A stretch of DNA of 64,000 nucleotides from Pelagomonas calceolata (Eukaryota), in the NCBI GenBank assembly GCA_918797485.1, contig CAKKNE010000001.1, positions 2,728,001-2,792,000 of the forward strand, in the 5' to 3' direction. Of the stretch, positions 12,299-24,371 are shown piece by piece. The position numbers were made by a program, and so were the translations under genes. Below the pieces are notes generated by a model. The model was not told where the DNA came from. It saw only the letters and a list, made by a program, of their open reading frames with translations, and ran no database searches. Positions within the stretch are counted from its first letter, which is position 1; every line of letters starts with the position of its first letter.

Positions 12299-12645
12299 AG
12301 TTAGCGTGGCGCTGAAAATTCTAGCTGGAGATATATCTGGCTAGGAATGATTTTACTGCGCTACTGCGCGAATGATAGTGCCTCGCGCAGCCCAAGTGCT
12401 TAATCTGGTCACACGCACGCACATATTGGCGTCGTTGTATTTGTCGATGCGATAGCCGCAGGGTCCGAGTCGTGGTGGCAATCATACTAATTGCTTCAGC
12501 TTCTGCACTGGCAGTCACGGTGGACATGACTCGGAGCACTGGCGAAATTTGACGGTGGACAACTCCCGGGAGCAGAGAAGATAAGGCTGGGGTCGGGGAA
12601 GTCACGATGATTGCGCCCTTGCGACGGACGGGTTTTTAAGGAGCC

Positions 12646-15600
12646 ATGTTGCAATTGCCCCACAATGTCCAGGTGTGTGGTTTCTGTACCTGCTATCTTT
12701 CGAATAAATCATCTAGACGAGATGGAAAATCCTACCACATTTTTTGCGTCTCATGAAGCAGCATGTGACCTCTTTCGATTATTTTGTTCAAACCGAGATA
12801 AAGAAAGTGGTTGCTGCAGAGCGCCACGGCGCCTACAAATTCAATTCTAAACATTTTTCAACGATACCACTGACAGGCACCAAATCAGACCGTGCGATCA
12901 GAGGTCGATCCAAACTTTTATCTGTCGTACACAGACGTTTATGTTGGATCGCCATCAATTGAAGAAGATGCTTTTACAAGCACAGCTGCAACTCCACTTG
13001 AATGTCGGCTTCGTGACTGTACGTACAGCGCACCCATCTACGTAGACGTAAAGTACCGCCGCGGTCCACAGATTGTGACCACCTCAAAAGTTCCAATAGG
13101 GTGCATACCAATTATGTTGCATTCTTGTAAGTGCGTCTTGTACGAGAAATCGCGCTCTGAGCTAGAAGCTTTAAAAGAGTGCCCTCACGACCCGGGTGGC
13201 TACTTCATCGTGAAGGGTGTTGAAAAGGTCATACTTATGCAGGAGCAACTCTCAAAAAATCGAATGATAATTGAACGTGATGCAAAGGGGGTGTTCTGCG
13301 CAGCTATCACGAGTTCTACTCACGAACGCAAAAGCAGATGCTCCATTGTGGTCAAACCCACATCGCATGGGTATCGGGTGTACCTAAAGCACAACACGTT
13401 GGGCGACGACATTCCAGTTGCGGTTATACTGAAGGCAATGGGGATGGAATGTGACCAGGAAATTGCTGAGTTGGTAGGTTCTGGGGACTGTCGAATTGCC
13501 AGCATCTTCGTGAATTCCATGGAGGAACCTAGTGCAGCTCGCGTGAAAACACAGAAACAGGCACTCGCGTACATTGGTGAAGCGATTCGAGCAAAATATA
13601 AGGCACAATCTGTTGATGGTGTACGGTTTTTACAATATGCCCCACATGGTCGAAGATCTATCTCTGCAGATGAAGAGGCGCGGGATGTCTTGGCTCATGT
13701 CGTACTATCCCATGTGCCTGTAGTAAACTACGATTTTGTTGCGAAGCGTACATACGTTGGCCACGTCACAAAACGTGTAATTGCTGCATTACTTGATAAC
13801 TCACTACTGGACGACAAGGACTACTACGGTAACAAGAGGCTCGAGCTTGCTGGTCAACTACTAAGCCTTTTATTTGAAGATCTTTTTAAGCGATTCAATT
13901 CAGATTTAAAGCGATCAGCTGACCTTGTTTTGCAAAAGCAAAACAGAACGGCTGTATTCGACATTGTGAAATCAACCATTTGGCGTACTGATACACTGGC
14001 CCAGGGGTTTGTGCATGCCATATCAACAGGAAATTGGGTTCTGAAGCGTTTCAAGATGGATCGTGCTGGTGTCACACAGGTCCTCTCGAGGCTGTCATAC
14101 ATATCAGCTATAGGGATGATGACTCGTGTCAACTCCCAGTTCGAAAAAACAAGGAAGACATCGGGTCCACGCGCTTTGCAGCCCTCTCAATGGGGGATGC
14201 TTTGTCCAGCAGACACGCCGGAGGGCGAAACATGCGGCCTAGTTAAAAATTTGGCACTTCTTGCTCATGTTACTACAGATGCTGAAATTGAAACAACAAA
14301 ACGATCCTGCTATGACCTTGGTGTTGAACAACTAGGACACCTAAATGGGACAGCCCTAAACTCACATGCCACTGCTTACCTGGTTTTCCTCAATGGGTTG
14401 GTGATTGGTGCGTGCTCCAGGCCGCACAAATTAGCACACGCGCTGCGTCGGATGCGCCGCTCAAAACGAATTGGCGAACACATCTCAGTCTATACCCATT
14501 CTGTGCATCGAGCAATATATATAGCTTGCGACGGTGGACGTGTCTGTCGTCCATTGATCATCGCTTCTCGCGGCCGTTCCCGGTTGTTGCCCCAAATCCT
14601 CGAACACAAGACACTAAATGTACACATCTTCAGATTAGCTCTCGGTCAGCTGACAGCATCAGGTGTCGTGGAGTACGTCGATGTTAATGAAGAAAACAAT
14701 TGTTTCATAGCACTGGATGAAAATCAGCTCACCCACTGCCATACACATCTAGAGGTCGACCCAGCAACCGTTCTCGGTGTGGTATGTGGTCTTGTTGCAT
14801 TTCCCCATCACAATCAATCGCCAAGAAATACATATCAATGTGCAATGGGCAAACAATCAATGGGATCAGTGGCAACAAACCAGTTCGAACGTATGGACTC
14901 TCTCTTGTATTCTCTCGTTTACCCACAAAAGGCAATAGTCAAGAGTCGCATTCTAGACCTAGTTCACTTCGATGATCTCCCTGGTGGTTGCAACGCAACG
15001 CTAGCTGTTATGTCGTGCTCCGGTTATGACATTGAAGACGCAATAATCCTCAATAAAAACTCGCTTGATAGAGGGTTTTTGCGTTGCCTTGTACTTAAGA
15101 AGCACCAGGCATCTATTCGACGGTCCGTTCATGCCTTACACCCCACGAGGCAGGTAGTTGCATTGATACAGGTATGCTAATGGTACATTTGACCGAACAA
15201 TTGGTCCGCCTCCACTATCTTCGTTTATACAAGGTTATGTCGAGTTGGCTAACTAGATCATACGATTGGAATAGGGATACATGACACCCGATACCAACGT
15301 TATTCCGCACTCGACGATGATGGGATTTGTCTTGTTGGCGAAAGACTCAATGACCAATCAATAATTATCAACCGCGAAGTGCCGATTGAATCTCCTGATG
15401 TTGTTTATTCTTCTGCGAGAGAGAGTCATGCCCAGTGTTGCTGCTTAGTGCCGGCCTTGCACATAAATATCACTGTCAGGGAGTCAAAGTGGCGGATGGC
15501 GGATGTCCACAACTCCAGGATCGCCCGCAAAATTCAAGTCCCAGTCGTGCTCGCATGGAATCTGAGCACTGTTTGATGGTGAGATATGATCTAGACCACA

Positions 15601-17110
15601 GGTACAAAGCACCAGCACCGAGTGTAGTGGACCGTGTGCTCCTCACTGCAAACGAAACTGATCAGTTTTTGGTTAAAGTCATGGTGCGACAGTCTCGTCG
15701 TCCTGAAATTGGAGACAAGCTGGCTACCGGCGTAAGAGAGACAAACAAAATCGGGTTGAGCTAATCAACATTACCCAGGTTTGCAAGCCGCCACGGACAG
15801 AAAGGTGTCTGTGGCGCAATTATATCACAGGTTTCAAAGATTTTTGTGTTATTTTTGTATTTAACATTATGTAATTATTATTATACAGGAGGATATGCCG
15901 TTTACGGATGTGGGAATATGCCCTGATGTAATTATGAATCCTCATGGCTTTCCTAGTCGCATGACAGTAGGAAAAATAATTGAACTTGTTCAGAGAGTGT
16001 GGACGACAATATGGCCGTTGTAATAATGCTTTCCAATAAACACGTAGGTTGCTGGGAAGGCTGGAGTATGTCACGGGCGGCAAGCATTTGGCACAGCATT
16101 TGGCGAGTCTCGCGGTTCTGCAGATCACTCAAAGTAACAATATCCGTGCCTTGCTTACATGGATATCTTTGCTACTACAGGGAAGCATCAAGAGAACTCC
16201 TCGCATATGGGTATTCCTATATTGGAAAAGATTTGCTCTATTCAGGAACCTCCGGCGACCTTTTGAGGGCGTTTGTTTTCATGGGGCCTGTGTTCTACCA
16301 GAAATTAAAACACATGGTCATGGACAAAATGCATTCACGCGCGTACCTTCCCTGTGTGTTTGTCAAACTAAGTCCATTAAACATTAACAGGACTCCACAG
16401 GCGCGGTTCGATTCTGAGTTATATATTGTATATTGTGCTTGTAGATATACAGTTCTTAATCCTTGCTCTTATGTTTATCTAGGTCCGAGAGCACAGTGCG
16501 TCTGCGCAGTCTTGTTCAACGTAATTCATGATTCACTCTTTGATCTAGGCTCACGCGCCAGCCCACCGAAGGGTAATAACACCGCCCTGCGAATGGCCTT
16601 GATTTTTGGCACCTGATTCTCTTCTTTGTAGGCGGTCGCGTGACGGTGGTTTGCGACTCGGTGACGAGACTGCTTTCATGTACATATTTGAGAAGACTTG
16701 CCTTAGGCGAAATGGAGCGTGATTGCCTTATATCATATGGCGCAGCCAACTTAATTACCGAACGACTGATGATCTCATCGGATCAATTTGATGTTCATGT
16801 ATGTGAGTATTGTGGCCTCCTTGGATATTCAACAGTCAGCCTTCACCGAGTGCCAATACTCTCTTCAAGATATATCTCGTTCGGTACAATGCGCACGCAG
16901 GCATCAAGCACTGAGCGCTCTATCTGTACGCGAAGTAGTTGGTGTCAAAAGTGCCGCTCGGATAGTCGCATGGCACAGATTCGCATTCCTTATGCTTGCA
17001 AACTTCTTTTCCAAGGTACGCTGCTTCTAAGCCATGTGTCGGGTAACCTTTGTGTGTCAGAACTCCAATGCATGAATGTTACGCCGCGGTTAAAGTTGGT
17101 GGACATGTAG
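12646..17110 (+). CDS. RPC2: DNA-directed RNA polymerase III second-largest subunit (RPC2), about 15-17 introns
   Basis: Motifs [95 protein letters not shown] and [21 protein letters not shown]. The start codon is approximate. Confidence 0.96.
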
Positions 17111-17595
17111 CCAAACATGTTAGATCATCTTGCATATAGAAATGCGCCATTTTCAGTACAAGACATTGCGTGGGGACTCATAAGCTTAGGAGGGAGGTCA
17201 CGATGCAAGTTCCCCGGGCACTTCCCACCAGTCTTCCCACTAGGGCGAGTACTCAGGGGGTTATCCGCTATGTGAATTCAAGTTTATTATTTATTAATTC
17301 TCGTCCCGAGTCGGCGACTTAAGTGGCGACTTGGAGCATTTCCGACATGGGCCAGGTCAGCGGCGGCCCGGAAGGTCACGATTTAAGTGAGCTAAACCTG
17401 TCTGTTCGCGACACATTTTAGTAAGACCTGCATTTAAAATGCGCGTTTATCTCGGCCGGATCGTTGAGTTAGACCGCGAGCCCACTTACGAAGTTGGCCC
17501 GAAGCTCGCGATCTATCGAAGTGCCGCGGGGTGCGACGAGCGTAGAGGCCGTCGCGGCGAGCTAGGGATGCCAGAGTACAGAATCGACATTCGAT

Positions 17596-17690
17596 AATCC
17601 CTCTCCGCCGCGACTTCGGTTGCTGTGGGGCCTCGCAGCGTTGGATATCGTAGAGCGTCTGCGGCTGCTCGTGGGACAGTTTGCACAAGA
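17596..17690 (+). repeat. Dispersed repeat R5 (second copy about 28484-28575; weaker fragment about 48790-48830)
   Basis: TTCGGTTGCTGTGGG....GCAGCGT.GGATATCGTAGA...TCTGC is shared. Confidence 0.75.
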
Positions 17691-19075
17691 CGCATGCGGC
17701 GTCTTTGTGTGTATCTCTCCTCTGGACGCAGCACATATGTCGGGCGCCCACGGCTGGCCCGCGTCGCCGACGCCGAAAAAAAATTGTTATTTTTCGAGCG
17801 CGCCAGACCAGGGGGACCATCCAGGAACAGGGGACGGCACAAACGCGCGTCCCGAGAGGGAGCGTGTTCCCCCTTTTGGGGCAATTAGGGATGAGGCGCA
17901 GAAGCAAATAGTGATATACTGCAAAGAAGGCCGCGGCCAAGAAATAGAAGCCAACTCCCCCGTTTTGAGCGCTGCGCTCCTCCCCCGTAGCCGCGCGCTC
18001 CCATGCAATAATGGTTTACCTATCGTACCTAACTACTAGTTACATCCTACTTTTTCTACTAGCAAAAATTTTTACCTTACCTTAGCTAGCTACAAAAAGC
18101 CATAGGCACAGTATACTATAATAACCTTTGGGGACCTTTGCTAGTAGGTTTTGGTTGGATTAGCGAATTTACCCTGAGTGGGGCACGCGCGTGTCCCATA
18201 CTCCCCCAGACACGTGGGGCGCGCGGATCCTGGGACACGGCGAGTCCAATGCACGGGTTGGTTCCACGTGTAAGTGGAATGACTAATACCCCCCCTATGA
18301 TATGTACCCCTACCTTACTCATATACCCCGGGTCCTAGGACCTACTCCTAATGGATCTTTAAAGATCCATTAGGATACTTCTAGTAAAATAAAAGAAAGA
18401 AGAACTTGAAGAAGAAGGGCCTACTTGTTATAATAATAAGAGTAATAACAAATTAAGGGAACAAGCTCCTCAGATACTTTTTTTTTTTTGTGCTTGGTGC
18501 AGTGTTTGGGAGTGGGGGTGGTTTCTCTCCTCCCGGGTCCCTTGCTTTCTTCCACCGTACCTTATTCTCTCCGGCCGTAGCTCCGAGTCGCGAGGACCCA
18601 TCGCCAGCCCGGGCGGCCTGGGCGGGACGCTGTCGAGGATCTACGGTTCCATGATGGGGGTGCAGAGCGAGATGTATGAATCTTGCTGTCGTCCGTGCTC
18701 ACCAATCATATGGGGAGACATGCCCCAGACTCATCGAGATAAACCCATCGCCGAGAAATGCCGAGAACTCAGGCTTCCGAGTCGGCCTCTCGCGACGCTA
18801 AGATGGTCACTATGGACGTACCAGGGCAGCACACTTGGACGTACCAGGGCAGCAGCGGTGCGGTCACAGCGTTCGCATTTCAGCAGCTCACGCCGAGATT
18901 CCGTGACATGCGCCGCGTTTCACACGGTGACCGACCGAGTCGGCAAGGCGCCTCTACGGACATGCAGAGTTCGCACCCGTGCAGGTGCGTGATAAGCCGC
19001 CGTGCGCCAGGGATTTGTTGGTCTTCTATGGCCATCCGATGCCTTTGCGAGCATGCGGATTCCACACCGTCCTCA

Positions 19076-21317
19076 TCATTTCAAATCCTCAAATTGATAC
19101 GGCTTTTCACGGTGCAGCTTGTCTTGCCAAGCACGAGCTTTTGTGTAATCATTCTTCAGCAGTAGAGCCTTGCCAAAATGATGGAATGCTAGTTGATATT
19201 GTGACAAGGAGTAATAACAAAGTCCCATATTATGAAAGGTTACGTGATGCTCGCCACTGCATTCAATTGAGGTTTGATAAAATCGAATCGCCTTTTGGTA
19301 CATCCTCAATCCATAATACAAACGACCAACCTATGGAAGGGCAACTGAACACAGCCAACGTCCGGCTCTATGCCTCAAAAGCCACGTCTTTGTTTTTATC
19401 CAACATGAAATGCTGACGCCACAATTGAGGTAAATTACGGCAAAGATCATTTCGCAATTTAATTGTACAAGCGGAGACCTGTTGTAGTATCGGATCACGA
19501 AATTTGTAAAACACGTCCGGATCCCAATTGCTGAGCCTATGAAAAGGTAGCTGAGTATTTTTTGGAACAGTCCAAGCATACTTAAGCAAAGCAACAATTG
19601 CCTTCAGTGTGGGACGCTCAGTGTCGTCCTTCATGCTCTTTTGAACAACAAAAAAGTCGTTAGGACCAAATGAAGTAATAGAATCAGAGAAAGCTCGACA
19701 AAGATTAGGAAATGCGAGTGAGCGCGCCTATAATTGTGAAGTAAGAATTTACCTGACTTTGGCTTGCTACTGTACGGCTGAAAGGCGCTCCACATCACTC
19801 CCAACCCAATTATGGATTTGAACACGCCCTAAATCATAGAATGGTGAGCTTTGATGACCCATGGTTGATGGCTGGAATGTAGCCAGCACGGCGTCTTCTT
19901 GGTTTGTAAATACTAAAACAGAGACTTTCAGTGACGCTTCCTCCTGAGGATCGTGCAGAACAAAGCCTGAACGGCTTGTGCAATATAGTCCGATCGCATG
20001 ATAGTTGACCATCACCGAAAATGATCCATGCACAGCCACGTGAGGGTCGTTTAGCCCTCGAAACCTAATAAAGAACAAGATAAAAAACAATACAGTTTGC
20101 GCGCTGCGCATGCTGTTCGTGATTATTATTTCCTTTGTCTCCGGAAAGGACAAGGGCACGACCACCTGCGAGGTAACTTACGCCATACACCAGAAATGCT
20201 CACAAGAGAAGGAGGTCAGTCGCCTAAGGGCTCTCAAGGCGCCTATGGGCAGGAGTATCGATGCTTCATCTGAAGCATCTCCAAAGAAATCTCTATACCA
20301 CCTAAAACATCCAAGATGCACGCATACCGATTTAGCTTTACTATTACCGCAAAATCCGTCGTAAATGACAAGAATCCTCTGGTTCACTCTCCGCGTAGTA
20401 ATTTTCATTGATAACCCGGTACGTAAAGTGATTGTCGAATCGCTTGATTATTTCAGGGTCCAATGCATCTGTTTCGAATAGATTGCGCGACCCGACAGAT
20501 ATCAGCCCTTCTTTAAGTTGACCAGCTTCAATCTATGTTTCCAGGCATAGTGGTTTGTAAATAATGAGATAATATAGGCACTTGCTTGAAAAATGTCATG
20601 ACAAAGGGTGTCAAAAAGATAATTTGCAATAACACAAATAGGATTCTTTAGCGTGCTACGACCAATTACCACATTTGAATGGTGGAGCCTAAAGAAGCGC
20701 GAGATAATTGTGCAGAAGACCATACAATAAACCTGATGGTTTCATCATGTACTGCATCAAATATAGCGATGTCAAGCTGACCACAATCTAAATATGGACG
20801 GAAGCTTTCATGGTCATTCCAAAATTTCAAATTGTTCCACGTGAAATCAGTCATAACATACACGACTTTCTCTGCAGGAAACTCAAACACCTCCGGAAGT
20901 TCTTTGATTGCCTATTCATGCCCACACAATGAAGAATGGTCACTGTGAATACTTACCTGGAGTATAAAAAAAGAGAATTTGCCGGAACCCGCCCCCAGCT
21001 CAATTATGTAGAGCGGTTCTGTTTTATTTAGTGGAATTTTGCTGTTTGCACATGTGCAATCATGAAGAAACCCAAGGAGTACTTTTGCATATGCGCCTAA
21101 TTTAGCAAGTTGAAATAAAATTTTCGCATTATCGCCGTTCCAAACGTCCAATGAACGCATTGCAGGTAATGAAATGAGGCACAATTCCCTGACTCCATGA
21201 TTCAACGCCATTCCGGTCATAGAATGACATCATCAGCTTCCAAAGGAGACTGTCCGAGCATCGCGTGAACTCTTCAAGACGGCAACGATCCCCGGTCGGG
21301 GGTGTAAGTCCAGGCAT
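19076..21317 (-). CDS. SAM-dependent methyltransferase-like (MidA/NDUFAF7-like fold) protein with C-terminal TPR; multi-exon
   Basis: Exons read SLLWKLMMSFYDRNGVESWSQGIVPHFITCNAFIG, YIIELGAGSGKFSF (SAM motif I), YVMTDFT, IANYLFDTLCHDIF and the TPR-like AIRFYQTSIE..HHVTFHNMGLCYYSLSQYQLAFHHFGKAL. Confidence 0.75.
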
Positions 21318-22530
21318 GACGCTAGGAAATGAAACACACTAGAAATGTAATGTGTACGTTACTTCGCGCGCGTCTCGGATTTGTGATATATCGCGCGAGA
21401 AGCCTTTTTTGCAGTGGAAAGCTCTCCGAGTCGAACTTGAACCAAGCAGCGGCACCGTGACCGTGACCCCTCTCTCACCCCCTAGGTCAACTTGAAGTGG
21501 TAGGGCGGCTTCGTTGCGGCGCACGCGGCACTTTGGCGCGATATATATAGACAGTAGGCCCTGCCGATCTGGCGAATGATAGCTCACGACTGCAAATACA
21601 GCCTGAGGCCGGGCCTCCTGAGGTTTTTGTCACCGTGAACCAGGGCCACTTATCCGATCATGATGGGTTATTAACCCCTGGCGCGGCCCGGGGTCATTAA
21701 CCCAGGTAAATACCCGTCAGTGCCGTCAGGAGCTCCAGTTATAGAGGGGCCTGGGCCACGCCGCGCCGTCGGCGGCGCCATGCCTTGGTGCTTGCCTTCA
21801 AGTTGGCGTACCTGCCAGTGCACGGCACGTAATAGTATGCCAAGGGGCTACTTGCGCGCCTCCGCTCGACCCCGTTTAGTGATTAAAGTACCGGGTGGTA
21901 AATAAATGAAAAATAAATAATTAGAAATCGAGGACGGAGGAGGCAGAGCTCCACCTCACGCCGCTTGGCGGCTTTCGCTCCGCGCCTCCAAGGGATAATA
22001 ATAGGTTAATAACGGGCAATTTACAGGCCCTGTCAGCGGGAACCTAGAACCAGGGAAGCGGGGAGGAAGCGGGCAGCTACTAATAGCTTGAGGAACCGCG
22101 GCGGCCGGAAATCAGCGAGTGGCATTTTCACTGTAGTGCCTACCCAATTAATAATTTACGCCTGGGGGATGCCTGACATTCTGCCGGAACATGGGCCCCT
22201 GAAGAAGCGAGGGCCCGGAAGGGCCGCCCATCAGTCTCAGGCCTGCGGCGGCTACAGTGAGTAGGATAGTAAGCACAATACCGTAGATTCCGAGTCGGCG
22301 TAGAATCAACTACTAGGCTTGGTCACGGTGTATGCCCGCTGTGGGCCTCGGATATTCCTCCTTGAGTTATTCAAGTTTGTCTATTTCAAGTTATTATTTA
22401 TTACTACTAGTAATTCGGAGTGACATATCATTTTGGGTGCCCACAATACCCGGGGCCCGCAAAAGCGAAGTAGTATATTGCCCAGGTAAGGTAAAGTGAT
22501 AGTCGCGGTAAGTATCTCCATGAAGGTGAG

Positions 22531-24371
22531 TTAAAAGAAGCTCGTGCCAACCCTGGAAGTTGTGACCATGTGGTTTGCATCGACGACAGTTGATTGCTCC
22601 ATGCGGTCCATTAGGGTGGTTTGTGGTGGTGCTTTTACTTTTCCATTGACTATTAAGAGTGGGTTAGAAGCTTGCATCACGCTATCGTTGACCGACACAC
22701 CGTCGAAATACTGCTTAAGAATAGCCTGAAGTTCTGTGTTTTCCTGCTCGAGACCCTTCCGCTCGCTCTCGATTGCCAGTTTGTCAAGTAGCACCTTGTT
22801 GTATTTCTGGAGAAATTGGTCTAGGTGACTCCATTTTGGTACAGGGCCTCCATCATGCATCCACGTCGATGTCTGTAAAGCCAGTGCGTTGTGATGCACT
22901 TCAGCCTTACCGCCACTCTCAAAATATGCATGGTCTAGCAGACCAGAGGTATCAGTAGCACGTTTTGCACTCGATATGGCAGCTGTTGGGTTGCTTGGAT
23001 CTATGGTGTTTTGGAAAGGGACGATTTTTTCTTGCTCTGTCTCCATCCTACGGGCCATTTCTGCCAGTACAATAATTCTCTCTGCAAGAACGACTCGTTT
23101 AGATATCTTCTGCTTGCATGTATGTGCATCTTGGGTCAATTCAGCAAGCCGGCAAATCTGGACTCGACGGAACATGTTCATTCGCACCTTGAGCTGTTGA
23201 AAATAGTACAAAACTTTATTTTTTTCGAGCAAGAGAACCTCATTCCGTTGTGCACTCTCTCTTGTGTTCTGCGTGAGCTTGGTGCGCCAGTGATGTAGAT
23301 TTGCCTGTAGACGTTCAATCTTCCTTATCTTGATTTCAATCTCTTTTGATAGCTCCTGGTCCTTCTTTGTATAGTACTTGAAGTCATGAGTTCGTTGATC
23401 TGTGGTTTGGAGATAATTAAGATGAGCAGTTTCAAAATGTTGTTCAAGATCCTCGATCTCTGAATCAAGGCCAATACGGAGCATGTTTATCTCCTCCAGG
23501 TTCCTATTTCGTATCTCCTCGCCCAATTGGTCGTGCTCTTGCTTTGTATCTGCACCGTGCTCTTGTTCCTCTCTATCAATAGCAGCAATGACGTCATGTA
23601 ATTCTCTTTCATTTGCCACATGTTGCTTCACAATGGCCCCCTTTTCTGCTTGGAACTCCACTTCTAAGGTACAAAGCTCGTGTTCGAATTCCTGTTCCGA
23701 CTTCAGTAGTCGAGTATCCTGCAAGTCAATAAGATGGTCTACGTTCTGGAGATGAGATCGCAGCGACATGTGAAACTGCCCTTCAGCTTCTTCCAGGTCC
23801 CGGTCCAGCATCTGAATGATTGCGTCCTTTCGATCAACGTCACGTTCGTGGTTTTGCGAGAGAATTTCAATGCCTTTGCGAAGCGACTCCACCTTCGCCA
23901 GACGCATGATCTTGCGCCACTGATTCTGGATTTTAAGCTGATTTATTTGTGCGTTCGCTCTCTCTTGCTCCATTCGCCGATTCAACTCATTTCGAGCTAC
24001 CTGATATTTTTGGTTCTGCGCGTCATACTCACGCTGCCGCATGAACTTTTCCTCAAGGTCAAGTCCCGGGGTCCGGCCCTTGAGAGACTTCCCCAACAGT
24101 GCTCCTCCAAGCATTCGCGGCAGCAATAATAGAACCGAGCCGTCGGACAGCAGCTCCTCTAGATTGAGTCGCCTTGGACCTCCCAACATCTTTCGAGATG
24201 ATTTGAGTATGTAGTCGAATGTGTTGATCCGTGAAGCCACCATGTCAAGTAAATTGCCCAACGTAGCATTTGGCCCCGTCCGCACAACAAGGTCCTAAGC
24301 GACATTACTCTGAGAGGACTATCGAAATTAGGTTATCTAACCTGCTCACCAAGCTGAACAATCAGCTGCAT
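22531..24371 (-). CDS. DRC2: Dynein regulatory complex subunit 2 (CCDC65/DRC2) with an N-terminal 74-aa ubiquitin-like domain; intron 24295-24341
   Basis: KIQNQWRKIMRLAKVESLRKGIEILSQNHERDVDRKDAIIQMLDRDLEEAE and FLQKYNKVLLDKLAI...LKQYFDGVSVND..NPLLIVN are CCDC65 motifs. A 30-nt first exon (MQLIVQLGEQ) splices in frame. Confidence 0.9.

Noticed and set aside
17434..18039. Overlapping ORFs on both strands as a possible transposase or gene
   Set aside because: GC-rich repeat-derived DNA with no DDE, RT or other motif.
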